From contig JAAOMT010000607.1 of NCBI GenBank assembly GCA_016748015.1, forward strand, positions 434,001 to 498,000: a DNA stretch of 64,000 nucleotides, given 5' to 3'. Of the stretch, positions 48,900 through 62,905 are shown piece after piece. A model generated the notes under the pieces. That model was not told where the DNA came from. It was given only the letters and a program-made list of their open reading frames with translations, and did not search any database. Numbering within the stretch: position 1 is the first letter of the stretch; each line of letters opens with the position of its first letter. This DNA is from Geosiphon pyriformis uo1 (taxonomy: Eukaryota > Fungi > Glomeromycota). The translations under genes and the position numbers were made by a program.

Positions 48900-51800
48900 A
48901 TTAGGATTACATATTTATTACAAAATAACTAAATAATTAGAAATATTATTATTTAAAGAAGATGTTTTGACAGCATTAATTCTATTTTTATTTATGTTAC
49001 CAAATTTTATTTCAGCTTTAAGACTAGCAAAGTTTTTAAATATATTAGCCAAAAAACTAGCAAAGTTTTTAAAAGTATTTATTATAATAAATAAATTTTT
49101 TTCTATTTTAAAATTTTTGAATATGTTTTTAACTAAAAAAAAGATAACTAAAATAACCAAAAAACTAATTAATTTAACAACAAATTTAATTAAAACAGTT
49201 TAAAATCTGAAATTCTAAAAAATTTAATTTAAAACCAATTACAAAATTAATAACAAATATAATAATAAATAAACTAAAAATAAATAATAATAAAACTTAA
49301 AAAAATAACAGCTTTAATATATAATTTTAAGTTAATAAAAAAGAAACTAATATTCATAAAATTATTAGTAAACTTAAAAAAAAAATAAAAATAAAAAAAT
49401 AATTATTTTATAATTTACAAAAAAATAGTTTAAATTTTAATAATAATATTTAGAAATTTCTTATTAAATATAATATTAGTACAAAATATTAATTTTAAAA
49501 ATAATAAGATTTAAAATTTTTAAAAAATTAAAAATTACAACAGTAAAGCATTAATAATAATACTAGGGGTCTTGTGCCTTCTTGGTTTGTCTTGGTATTG
49601 AAGTTTTTACATGATATAATTGTTATGTTGATGTTTTTTAATGGAGACACTACTTTGGGTGTTGGTAATATTTTGCTTTTGAGTTAATTTTCTAATATTA
49701 AGAATAATTTGCTTGAGGTCTGATCAGATTCCATATTTGTTTTTATGGATGGCTTTTTGAAAAAACTTGGTTTTGTTAATGTGGCTGAAGATGCTGTGGC
49801 ATTTTTTCCTGAGATTGGATTGGGTATTGGAATTAGGATTGTGGGTTTTTTATTTTTAACAATGGCCAAATTACAGGCTGTTGCTTTGACGCTGGAATGT
49901 GTTCCTTCTTCTTCTTTAGTGGAAGTGTACTTGAACAGTTAAGCTGCTTTGAATACATATGTTTTGGAGTTGAAAATAAGTAGTTCTGATTTTCATAATT
50001 GCTGTTGAATAAAAAGGAGACATATTGCAAATTTGGTTAATCATAAAAACATTTCTGTGATTTGGTCAAAGATCAAAGAACACTCTGGTATGTTAGATAA
50101 TGTTTATATAAATGCATTGATAAGCATTTCTACTCACTCCTCTATGATGCTGTCAATTAATGTGCATGAATATTTTTTGATGGCCAATGACATGCCTATA
50201 TCTGACAACATTCAACACTTTATCTGGGATATTTTTAAATTTATAAATCATGCACACTGAGAAACTGGTCCTGGTTCTAAGATTCTAGGTGGTTTTTTAG
50301 TTCATGACATTGATTAGATTAAAACCATAGACATTTGGCATCTAGATTTGGGTATAGTATCTGGATTTACAAGTAAAACTTCAGCTGGTTTGCATTTCTA
50401 CTTTATAAAGGCTGTATATGGCAAACTGTCTGTTACAGTTAGAAAAAGACTTTATGACAGGAGATATCCCAGTATTTTGTGTTTGTATTGTGATGAAGTT
50501 GAATTCTCTGATCATGTGTTCACTTACAGCAAAAATTTGTCTTCTGTAAAAAAATTTTGTTTAAGTGTATGTTAGTTTAGAAATCTTTGGCTGGTTTTTG
50601 TTTCCTGGCTCCTTCTGTAGTTTTGGACTCTCTTATTTCATGTGTGTTTGATGTTGACTTATATGTTCTGCTTTGTAAGGACTTTGTACTTATGGGGTGG
50701 TTTGAAGAAGCTGTGTGGATATTTGAGGATCACAAAGAGGCTGCCCAAGTTTTTGTTAATTTTGCACAAAACATGGATGTGCATTATCATTCTGAGTTGT
50801 AGGAGTTCAGGTTCTGGTTTAGAGCTAACATAGAAAGGGATAATTTGGTCAGTAATTTAGATGTGTTGTTGACAGTGTCTTGTGGCTTAACACAGGATTT
50901 GTCAGGCAGTACAGTTATGTTAATAAGTATTGATGATTCTTTTGGAGTCAGTTTTGGTTTCCATAAGCCTTATTTGTTTTTTTTTGGTTTGAACAATATG
51001 ACTGCTGTTCATATAAGTGTGTAGTGTTGCTTTGATTAGTCCAAGTGAATCGCATTTAGCTAGAGTCTATAGTCTTGACTCTGTATACTAGATAGCAATT
51101 GGGTTGCACTCATTAAACTATAATAAAAAAAAGTAATAATAATAAAAATTTGAAAAATAGAAAATAAAACAAATATAATTACCAACTTAAAAAATTAAAT
51201 TATTAATTTTAAAAACAATATAACTTAATTAATTTGGTCTTAAAAATGTTTTTTAAGATAATAACTTTTTTTTGGTTAAACAAAAAAAAATTTTAATATT
51301 ATTTTTTTTAATAAATACAGACCAATTATTAAAAATAATAGCAGCAAAAAAATTTTTAAAATAAATAATAGCATATTATTACAAACCAGCAGATTTTAAT
51401 TTAATTAAAATAATAATATTAAAAACACCAAAAATATATTAGAAGATATATTTAAAAAAACATTATAAAATACAATAACAAATAAGAAAAAAAATAGAAA
51501 CTACTATAAAAGACTTTATAATCTTAAATATAAACAAAAAAAATTACCAATAGAAATTTTGATAATAATAACCAAAAAAACATTAAAAACAAAATTTATA
51601 TAAAACAAATTTATATTATTTTTAAAACAAATTTAAATTTAACAAAGCCAGATAATAAACCAATTTAATTTTAAAAATATTATCAAGTATTAAAATAAAA
51701 ACTATTTATTTAAAAAACTTTTGATAATTAAATATTGTTAAAAAAATTTTATTCAAAATTTTATTTAAAGCTACAAAAAAGATTAATATAACAATAATAA

Positions 51801-52010
51801 ATACAAATAATTGTTGCTATTTTTTAAAGTTTTTAGTTTTTTTGACTATTTACAAAATAGTAGTAATATAGTATTTTTTTTATTACTATTTAATAAATAA
51901 AATTTAATTGTTATCTAGTATATAAAACCAAACTAAATAACTTAGATTAGATACAACTTATATTTTTGCTACATATAACTGGCCATTTAAGCCAGATAAA
52001 ACAATACTAA
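48900..52010 (+). mobile_element. Very decayed LTR-retrotransposon relic flanking the LINE at 49563-51132
   Basis: Residual pol-like peptides (YQVLKxKL ~51681; HITGHLSQIK/DKT-like integrase zinc motif ~51970) in extremely AT-rich DNA. Confidence 0.3.
49563..51132 (+). mobile_element. 5'-truncated non-LTR retrotransposon (LINE) 3' end with RNase H and CCHC-like finger, A-rich tail
   Basis: FMDGF (=YTDGS), MAKLQAVALTLECVP, YLNSxAA, WSKIKEHSGMLDN RNase H motifs; CLYCDEVEFSDHVF; ends AATAAAAAAAA; possible TSD TAATAATAATA (49552-49562 / 51134-51144). Confidence 0.8.
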
Positions 52011-52359
52011 ATATTTATATTAATATATATATCATTATCCAATCCAGAAAAAAAAATACAGCCTGTATTTATTAAAACTAACTGCAAAAGATTTTATAAT
52101 ACTAAGCAACTAAACTATTTTATTAGATAATATAAACATTAAGTTATAAAACAAATTTGACACCAAACTATCATCTTTGATCAATCTAATCTTCTTTATA
52201 TTTATCTTATATTTGAATTTTATAAGCCATATTTTAGTACAATATAACTTTACTAATTATCTCACATATTTAACAATAATAAAAACAGCTTTTTTCTTCT
52301 TATTAAAAACTATAACAGCCTTTATATACTAATTTCTTAGCATAAATTTTTTATAAATT

Positions 52360-53422
52360 ATTATATATAGGCTTATATTTAAAAAATATCTAAAAGTGTT
52401 TTTAAAACAGCAGAAAAAGACAGATTATAAGCACTTACCAAAAAATTTATTATTATTCATAAAAAAAAAGTACAAGAAAGAAATAAAGAAAACAAATTAT
52501 AAGATTAAACCAATAAAAAAATAGTATTTAATATATAAATATATTTTTAAAAATGTGTACATTTGTAAAAAATAAGCATATTTTCAGAAAATATATATAT
52601 TTACAAAAAATATGCACATTTTCAAAAAATTATAACATATTGTTTAGAAATAAACACAGTTCTAAAAAATAATATAAAAAAAGTAAGAATATATAAGATC
52701 TTATATAATAAAATTATATATATATAGTAATAGTATTAGAAATAAAAAAAGTATTCTATTTTTATTTATTTTTATATCGAATTTAATTTACACAAATTAT
52801 TCAATTTATATTCAAACAAGTTTTCTGTTAATTAATAATAAATATTTATAATATACTTCTTTTTTCAAAACTAGTTTGCTATATTTTAAAGTAGAATTAT
52901 CTAAATATTAAATAAAATTATTATTTTATCATCTAATTTATGTTATTTTTTTTTATTGAATTAATATTATTATTCTCTAATTTAATTAGCAACTTATGCT
53001 TATAATACCTGCTATTTAGCCATACTAAAAAATAGTTCTTGATTATAATTATTAATAAAATATTAATTTTTTATTTTTTTTTCTTGTTTTTTATTTATTT
53101 TAGTTTGGGTATTAATTGAATAAAAAATTAAATACTGAAATATTAATAACAAAGATAGTCTGGTAAAAAATGCATAAAACAAATATAAAAACTTAAAAAT
53201 AGCTTATTAGAAGAGCATAACTGCTAAATTAAACCAGTTTTTATGCTAAAAAAAAATTTGAAAAAATAACTAACAAAAAATTTTTTGTTTATTATATAAA
53301 GAACTTAACCAAAATCTTTAAATACCAAAATTTTTAAAAACTATTAACCATATTATTAACTATTAAATACCAAGTTACAAATTTGTTATTTATCTTAATA
53401 CACCAAATAATTATCTGTAACA
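52360..53422 (+). repeat. Solo LTR (B-related), decayed
   Basis: Ends CCAAATAATTATCTGTAACA like the E and F LTRs but has no PBS; similar to 54713-55638; LINE sequence on both sides. Left boundary approximate. Confidence 0.65.
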
Positions 53423-54712
53423 TTACTATTTAAAAGCTTTTGTTAAAATTTTTTTCCAAATACTATTATTTTTAGCACAAGTAAAAACATGATTTAATAA
53501 CTCTATCTTACTATACAACAAATACAATATACTTAAATATGTTTTATTATATAATTTTTTTTAATTACTATTGACAGCTGTCTATGTACTATCTTTATTA
53601 AATACATATACAAATTAGCAGATTTTTTACTAATAAATCCAGAAAACATATGTGAATTAAGATGCTAAATCTTTGCAGTAGCCAATTATTCTACTTTCTT
53701 AATTAATATATTTGAAATTATATTATAATTAAGATCAGTCTTCTATTGAGCACAACAAATAGATTTGTATAAATTGTAAATAAAATAATAAGTATTGCCA
53801 AATACAATTGTGCTTTTAGCCATCATAAAACGTTTATGTACTCCAATTGGCAAAAAAAAAATTAAACAGTTTTATTTACCATTATATTAGTTTTAATATT
53901 GCCTGAAATTTCTAAATAATTTTTAATCTTTACTTAACTAACAGAAAAATTTTTATTTCTAATCAGATTAGCAATATGTTTTTTTTCTATTTAACATTAA
54001 TTACAAAAGTCTGGTATAGCAAAAAAAAACTTCAAATACATATGTATTAATAACAACTTGGTTATTCAGATACAAAATTACTACACTAAAAGATAGAACA
54101 CATTTTAAAGACAGAGCAACAGTCTGTAATTTGGCTATTGTAAAAAACAAAAGTTTGTACATTTCAATACTAATACTCATATTCACAACAGAAAAGTAAG
54201 CAATCATTCTACTAATAATTATAGCAAAACCAGTACATTTCAAGGATTTATTTGTGTAAACTATAATAAAATTAAATAATCTTATATAAATACTTTCACA
54301 TATTAGAAAACTCTTTAAAGTCTAAAATATTTAAGCCAAGTAACTTACTAATATTAACAGAATCAACAAATAAAAAACTCTTATTACATAAAAACTTTGA
54401 TGTTAACTCGAATTAATAAAACACAGAGCCTTTAAGATCCAATTTTTTTCATTAATAAAATGTTATCTAATTTATTACATTATTTTTTTTGTTCAAAAGT
54501 CTGTTACCAAACACAATTTTAAACTGCTTTAAAAAACAAACAAAACTATAGTACATGGCTTTTTCTAAGATGTCTGACATTAAGAATCTATTAAGACTAC
54601 AAAATACATTGAACAAATTATTTATTAAAGATAAATTATTATTCAAAAAGTTTTTTTCTATTCCAGCCAAAAAATTGTTTACAAAATTAACATACAACTT
54701 GACAAAAAACTG

Positions 54713-55638
54713 CAAAAAATTCCAAAAAATTCCAAAAAATCTGAAAATCCAAGAATCTATAATCAAACAAATATTCAATATTATTTATAAAAAAAGAGTA
54801 TAAGAAAAAAATAGAAAAAACAGATTATAAAATAGACTAATAAGAGAATAGTACTTAATAAATAAGCATATTTTTAGGAAATTATAAACCATTTTCAAAA
54901 AAAAAGCACATTTTTAAAAAATTATGGCATATTTTTAAGAATAAACACATTTTTAAGAAGTATAAAAAAAAAGTAAAAATGTGTAAAATCTTATATAACA
55001 CAAATTATGTATATATAGAGGAAATGTTAAAAGCAAAAAAGATAAAACAATAGTTAAAAACAAATAATTATCCAATACTTTTCTCTTTAAAAAATAGTTT
55101 TCTATAACTTGAAATAGAATTATATTTATATTAATAAAATATTTAATTATTATCCAATTTATGTTATTATTACTTAATTAAGAATCTTTATTGCTTTTTT
55201 ATTATTAATAATTTATATTAATAAAATCTAATATTTAATTACACTAAACCAATAGTTTTTAATTATGGCTATTGACAAAATTTTAATTTTTTGTTTATTT
55301 TCTTTTATTTTTGTTTTTATTGTTTACTAATTAATTAAAAAAATTAAGTACTAAGTAATTAATGTCAAAAATAGCCTGGTAAAAAACCCATAAAACAAGA
55401 ATAGAAAAACTTAAAAATAGCTTACCAGAAAAACACAACTGTTAAATTAAACCAGCTATTATGTTAAAAAAAAAATTCAGAGAAAAAATCATTAATTAAA
55501 TCTCTATTTATTATATAAAAGACTTAACCAAAATTTTTAGATCACAAAAACTTTAAAAATTATCATTATTAACAGCTATTAAGCATTAAGTTACAGATTT
55601 GTTATTTGTTTTAATACTTCAAATAAGTATCTGTAATA
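54713..55638 (+). repeat. Solo/truncated LTR (B-related), decayed
   Basis: Ends CAAATAAGTATCTGTAATA with no PBS; colinear with 52480-53422; LINE sequence on both sides. Confidence 0.65.
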
Positions 55639-56668
55639 TCAAAAATGCCCAAAATATTAAAAAAAGTAATCAATAAAACCAATTTTTTTTAGACTGTATT
55701 TGTTCAAAAAACTTTAAATTATACAAGAAAAAATAATGCAAAGCTTTATTAAAGAAATTTTATGGTAAATTAGTCTTAGTCTTAAGACCTTTTTTAATCA
55801 TTACATTCTACTTATAACATATATTCAATAAGATAAAACTAAACTGTAATTAATAATTAACTATAAATTATAAAACTGTTGACACTAAATAAAAAAACTG
55901 CTTATCTATAATTGCTTTTTTAATACTATATTAGAAAAAAACTTAACATTAACATGAACTTAAATTATACTAAACTTAGAAAAATTCTTAGTTAACAAAA
56001 AAATTTTTAAGTATCTATACAATTCATTTTTTTAGCAATTAAAATAAACAAGTTACTAATTATTAGTAAAACAGTTTTAACACTTTGGTTAAAAAAAATA
56101 GCAATTGTTTTTTTATTATTAATTGAAATATTATTATTATTAAAAAACTTGCTAATAATATTTAAAATATACTGCATAGAAGTTTAGCTACTTTCAACCT
56201 AAATTGTATTATCAACAAAAGCACCAATAGCAAAAAATAATGTTTTTTCTACTATCTTTAATTTTGCCAGTCTTGATTACAAACTTAGTATTAATTTAGT
56301 ATTTATATAAGTGTTTATGTCTTTTGATTTTACACAAAAAAAAATTTTCCAGAAAAGAAAAAAAAAATTTTATTCTAATTTAACTTATTATGTACTTTGT
56401 AATCATAAAAAACCAAAATTAATTATTATTTTATTAATCTTGTCTTCATATATGTTGTTAAAAAACTTAATAAACTAATTGCATATTTTGATATATTGCA
56501 AGTTAGCTCTTAAATAATACTACTTTATCAAGTCATAAACTTTATATATATCTTATAAAACCAACTAAAGCTTTTTATTCTTTTTTAGAACATTTTTTAC
56601 AACTAACCTAATAGCAAAAATAAGAAATTGAATTAAAATATTCTTTAATACCAAAAAGTTATTACCAT

Positions 56669-59600
56669 TATTACTTATAAAAATTAAGAATATTATAGTT
56701 AGAGAAATAACCAATCAGAAGTAAGGATAGTAACAAAGAAATTTCAGAATTCTTCTAAAAGAATTGCAGGATTCCAGAATCCAAGAATTCCAAAATTTTT
56801 TTGAAAAAATTGCAAAATTCCAGAAATCTCATATAATGCCAATTATGTATATATAGCAGTAGCATTAAAAGCAAAAAAAGTATTTAGAATTTGGTTTAGT
56901 TCCAAGTAGCATTTCTTTTCTTATCTATTAATTAATCTTTACTTTACAAATAGTTACTATTACCCAAAGTAAATTCATTAACAAATAAACATATCTATTA
57001 TCATCCAATTTATGGTATTATTATTTGATTGAAACTCTGAATTACTCTTCTAGTTATCAATACTTTATGTTGATAACATCCAATACTTAATCATATTAAA
57101 ACAATAGTTTTTGATCACAGCTATTAATAAGATACTAATTTTTTATTTTTTTATTTTTTTGTTGTTTGTTAATTTACTAACTGATTAAAAAAATTAAGCA
57201 TTGAATAATTGACATTAAAAATAGTCTGATAAAAGACCCAGAAATAAGAGTATAAAATTTATAAATTAATGAATAGCTTATCAAAAAGACATGACTGCCA
57301 AAATAAACCAGCCACTATACTGAAAAAAAAATTTGACAGAATAATCATTCCGGAAGGCTATTGACACAACTGTTGAATCTTTGTCTATTATATAAAGAAC
57401 TCCACCAAAATTTTTAGATATGAAAATCTTCAGATTTACTAATATTATCAAGCTATTAAGCACCAAGTTATGGGTTTGTTATTTGTTTTCATACTCCAAA
57501 TAATTATCTGTAATATTTGGTGCTCTTTGTAAGGTATAATTTAACAAAAAACCAGTATCAATAGCAATTATCCAGAACAGTGGTAAAATCAGAAAAAACA
57601 GGAACAAATTACTTGAGATTCATAAAAACTTTATTCTGACACTATTAAACTTATTTAGAATTACCAAATAACTATTGGCCAACAGAATCAACTTTTAATT
57701 TTTACATTAATAAAAAGATTAAATCTTATTTAAGAAACCAAAAAAATTCAGAAGCAGCACTTACCAATTTTTATAGTAAATTATTTCAAAGCACTATACT
57801 TCCACAAAATTATTTGTTTATCTTAATAATTACAAAAATCAACAAAAAATTTGAGAAGCATACTAGACAAAAATTTTCTATTACTTTTGTAAACAATGAA
57901 AAAAAAAATTACAAACACCAAAAAGAATACAATCATTTACTTAAAAGAAACCAAGAATAGTTTTACCTATTTACTCATCATATCACCATATGCCTAAAAG
58001 TACTATTAACATATTGTTAGGAAGAGCATCATCATTAGTGAAAACACTATCAGCAAAAATAACATTCTAAAACCAACAAAAAAAAACTGATTTATTAAGA
58101 ACTTATGGTAATTACTTTAAAAAATTTAAATTGTGATCATCAACATCATCAGGATTTTAATTACTGCCATCTCAACCTGATTTTAGAGCCACTAGTTCAT
58201 GGAAAATAACCAACTCTGAAGAAAAAGAAGATGAAAATCAAGAATTTAAGTATCAAATCCAATCCCAGAAAATCCAGAAATACAAACTTTGATTATTCTA
58301 ACTTAGTAAAATCAGAACAATCCAAATTCCACTTTTATTGTTCCTCAAAACTTATCTCCAGTAATTGGGATCAATCCACTACCAGTTGTATTAATTGCTA
58401 AACTACAATAACAGTTACAACTACCATCTCAACAATAATAACTTCAACAAAAACACTTACAACTATTATTTGCACCAATGGTCTATGTACCAATTAAAAA
58501 ACTTGAGAAATTTATTGGTAAAAAGAACAACATACAAGTTTGGCTCAACAATATGGAAAAAGCCATTACATTCAATAGATAAAACAATATTAGAGCATTA
58601 TAGACAATTTCATACTTTTTTCAGGATATTGCTAACTCATAATATTAAAGCTTAATCCAGAAACCCCAAAAATTCAACACATTCAAACTGAAATTTTTAA
58701 GATATTTTAGTAATAATAATAACATTAATTGCCTAACAAATACTTTTACAACCATCAAACAAGAAGATACTAAAGCAGTCACCACTTATTTGGAATTTTT
58801 TTACCAAAATTTGCGACAAATATAAGTTATTAATGCAAATTATTTTACTGTACCACAAATCTTAAACCAATTTATTTGTGATCTATATGGTAGTTTTTTA
58901 CAATATGTATATCAAATACATTTACAAACACTCTAAGATGTAGTTACACATGTCTAAGATTTTGAATTGGTTAAGCTAAAAGTTAATCATGCTTAAGCCA
59001 TTAATCTAGTAATAAATAAATTATCTGACTTAGACTCCAAGTTAAAACAATTTAATAATTCTATTAATAAAAAATTAGAGGAATACTTAGCTAACAATCA
59101 AGCAATTTATCAATCTCCACAATATTACAATAATCTAAAAAACCCAAATTGTCTCCAAAATTAACCACATCTATCATTGTTAACCAATCAACAGTAGTAA
59201 CAACAAATGCATATCTGCTATTATTGTGGTAAACAAGAACATTTACAAATTAACTGCTGTATCTGGTTAAATAATCAATAATTGAAAAATCCATATCAAA
59301 ATTCTGATTGCTGATTTCAAACTCTAAACTATTACCCAAATCAAGACTTATATCAACTTTATTACATCTCAATAATGCAATAAACAATATACTTACTGTC
59401 AATTTATTAGTCTTTAGCACTAGTAATATATTAATCATAGCCACAAGTCATTTATCAAACCTAACTATTTTAAATACTACCACAAAACTCAGCTCAAATA
59501 ACATTCAGAAATCAAAAACCAAGAATTACTCATACTTAACAAAACTAGAAATCAGTGATAATAATGCATTAATTGATCTCCAGTTCCTTAAATCAATTAT

Positions 59601-62600
59601 CAGGATTATACTAGCAGAGTTTAGGCATTGAATACATCCAAAATCTGAATTTTCAGAACTATTTAAGTCTTCTGATTACCTCAGAAGATGTTCAACTCAG
59701 CAAACAGAAACCAACAACATTCTATCAGTAATTATTACCAAAAACAAATTACTTACTGCCATCTTCTCTTTTGAATTTAAAGAATCAATCAAAACATCTC
59801 TATTCAATAGAGCTGCCCTTAAAGCAAAACCAATTACCATAATGTACACCAACATGAAAGTTACTGGCCATTTTATCAAGTTAATTCTTAATAGTGGGTT
59901 AACAGATAGTATTATCACATAACAATTCATGAACCAATTAGATTACTGAGTTAATTATGCTGCCAGTGCTAGAATTATTATAGCAGATAGAACAACAAAA
60001 ACTCCAATTGGCAAAATTAATGACTTTTTATTCAAAGTTAATGGCATTGTTGTACCAATTAAAGTCTTTGTTATAAAAGCTATGTAATACTAAGCACTAG
60101 TTAGTAATGATTGGCTGTCCAAAACCAGCACTGTGCTTGACTAAATTACTTAAAAGCTATAACTTAGTTAAAATGGATAACACATGCAAATACCAGTTAT
60201 GTGTAGTTATTTCAAATCACAAACTATTTAACCACAGTTATTAATTAAATTGGAGAAAAAAAAACCAAACCTATCTGAAAAGTTTACCAAGTCTTATAAG
60301 CTGAAGAAAATTACAACATACTATTACTAATTCTATCATGGAACAACAAAAAAAAAAGAAAAAAAGAGAATAAATTATAAAACACTACTGACACTAGTAA
60401 GACTGCTAACAGTTGGCACACATCATATTCAATAGACACAATAAAAAAACTATCATACATTTTTCTTAAGTGTATTAACTGCAAGAAAAAGCTTTCATTC
60501 ATGAAAGCTTGAGTTATACTAGACAAAAACTACTGAACATGTACTCATTATTATTACAAACTGTATTACAAAGAGTGTTTTGGTTATCCAAAATGACAAA
60601 GAAAGTAGAACAATGAATTATGTCTCACTTGTGGAGAAACACTATTTAATGAAAAAATGTGGAATGACATTTTTAGTTAAGAAGAGATATGTAATGTATT
60701 ATGTCAATATATAATTCTAATAAGTGACTGAGTAAGCCAAAAAACGCCTTTCAATGCCATGTGGAACTGAGTATTATTATGCTTAGATAGTTATTCTCAC
60801 AATAAAAACAAAATTTGGCAAATAGTAAATGTCAAAGTCAAAGATGCCTTATCCAGTGAAATATTAGTAATCAAAAATAACTCACTAAAACCAGTTAAAA
60901 CCATTCTCATCCCCAATTCAGACGTATTTATTGATATTTTAAACAATTCAGAACACTTTTATAAACACTACCAAAATCTAGTACTTACTAAAAAAAGCAA
61001 AAACAGTATTTAGAACAGTTAAACACAAAATTGTGTAAATATTGCCTAATTTTTAATGACTTCAATTATTGTAATAATTGTGATTTTATTCATAATCTAC
61101 TACTATGCATAATCTATTTGATTCCAGAAGAAAAAAAACCAATCAGCAAGTACATATTAGAATTAAAATCAAAATTCAATTGTAATTTAGACTCTAACAA
61201 TAATAATAACAACAGTTTTAATTCTATTTACTATGGCAATAACAATAATAATTCAAATTCCAATTACAATCTTAAGCAATATATTACATTTCCAGATCTA
61301 TTTATAAAGCAGAAACTAAGATAGTTCAGCAATAATAATAAAAATATTATGTTAGAACACATACATAATACTGATGCAGAATTTAATCTGAGATATTCAA
61401 GAAAATATGTCATAATATTAGAGCCCAATATGTGTACTTGTATTAATTTAAAGATAGTATTGGAAATCTTAGCAACAACAATAGTTTAATTAGCATTCAG
61501 ATCTAGTTTAGCAAAAAAAGGAATTAGCATTGGAGAAAAAATAATTAACATGGGATATGTAAGAAATATCATTGCAATACTATAAAACAAATCAAAAAAA
61601 CCATATAAAATTGAACTAAATAAAAAGACAACACAAGCAATATTTTTATCTCTAGTCAAAATAGCTTAGTTAATTTTAGTAAAAACAAGTAAAAAATTAG
61701 AGATCACAGCCAGAGAAAAAAATGGATTCAGATCTACAAGTAAAATAGATATATAAGTCAATATGACAAAAAAAAACCATTGATAAGAGAGAAATTATTT
61801 CTATTCATTAATCAGTTTCTATTCCACCATATGACCAGCACATATTAGTGATAGAAAGAAAAATAAGGAACCAGTCTCAGATTTTCGAAGCAAAACCAAC
61901 TATTTGTGAATCAGAAAAAATTAAAATTACCAATTTCTACATACTAGCTAAGAACTATAAGCACATTAGAATTTTTATCTATAATATAACTTAAAACACT
62001 ATCAAAATACCAAGTAAAACTACTGTTATGGTTGAAACCCATAGTTTTTATTAGTTATCACATGTATTAGCCACTAATGTCATATAATTAGCCACCCTAT
62101 TTTTAGATAGTGATCATTGACCTGATCAATGACCTGACCGTTGACCTGATCATTGACCTGATCATTGACCTGGTCGTTAACCACTTTAGATAGCTATATA
62201 AGCGATGATTCCCTTAGCTGTAAAAAGACATGATCAAAATAATGAAATAAACAATATCAATTACTTCCTCTTATAATTGCTTATTCCCCTTTCCTTACCT
62301 TCAAGTATCTACTTGTTGGCATTCACATACCTTATTTTTTCCTTTTCTTGATTTGTATTTGTTAGAATTAGCCTGAGAAGCAATTGGCTTACTCTTGTAA
62401 TTCATTGAATAAAAAAATGATTGAAAAGTACAATGATATCTGTTATTGATTCTAAGAATCACCGAGTTGAGGCATAGAATAATAGCAGCAGTGTTATCTT
62501 GTTGACAATTACAGACTATTCCTCTATCTTCAGATTTAAGAAAAGATTAGTGACTGTGATTTTTATGAGACTGATCACGCAAATTGAATTCCTACTTATT

Positions 62601-62905
62601 CAATTCACTCCCTTATTGTAATTTCCTCTTTGTTTATTTCCATCACCATACAATACTGTTCTCCCTTGCTATCCATTAGCTTGTTACTCCAACCCATAAC
62701 ACTACTATTAAATACTTGAACACTAAAGTTAAGAACCAATTACTAAACACTATTTCAGATTTTTCACAATTGTGTAAATATGTGAATATTACATCAAAAA
62801 TCATATACAGACAAAAAAAATGTTATTTGCTCTAATCAGAACAATTGGACCAAATGAATTTGGAAAACTTAGATCCACTTCAATATATACAGCTCAAAAT
62901 GCTAT
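56669..62905 (+). mobile_element. B-family Gypsy element E: 5' LTR 56669-57515, PBS 57518, decayed gag-PR-Cys-rich-dUTPase; interrupted at 62024 and 62906
   Basis: LTR similar to the reverse complement of 22861-23712; TGTAATA-TT-TGGTGCTC junction; CYYCGKQEHLQINC, LILNSG, NTDAEFNL and GFRST peptides colinear with B. Confidence 0.88.
62024..62701. repeat. Solo LTR of a fourth family, 678 bp
   Basis: TGTTATGG..CCATAACA termini; perfect 4-bp TSD CTAC; removal restores E frame PSKTTIKYLNT; 12-bp tandem repeat TGATCATTGACC ~x5-6 at 62111-62182. Confidence 0.9.

Larger units (their letters stand above)
52010..56668 (-). mobile_element. Decayed LINE of the same family (RT, RNase H, C-terminus), interrupted by two LTRs and cut by element E
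   Basis: GAFVDNTI (=FVDD RT motif) at ~56205-56225; IAKLQTVALSLKCV RNase H at 54001-54243, similar to 49745-49942; C-terminal FAVSF..FFSGLD at ~52030-52090, similar to 50940-50995. Confidence 0.7.

Noticed and set aside
48918-49203. Lys/Ile/Asn/Phe-rich ORFs in AT-rich tracts (also 33549-33794 and 54555-54803), suggestive of organellar or endosymbiont DNA
   Set aside because: Composition is better explained by C>T/G>A erosion of TEs; no organellar or bacterial gene motifs seen.
62111-62182. Short repeat arrays as CRISPR-like loci
   Set aside because: Tandem units without unique spacers, inside LTRs, in a eukaryotic context.
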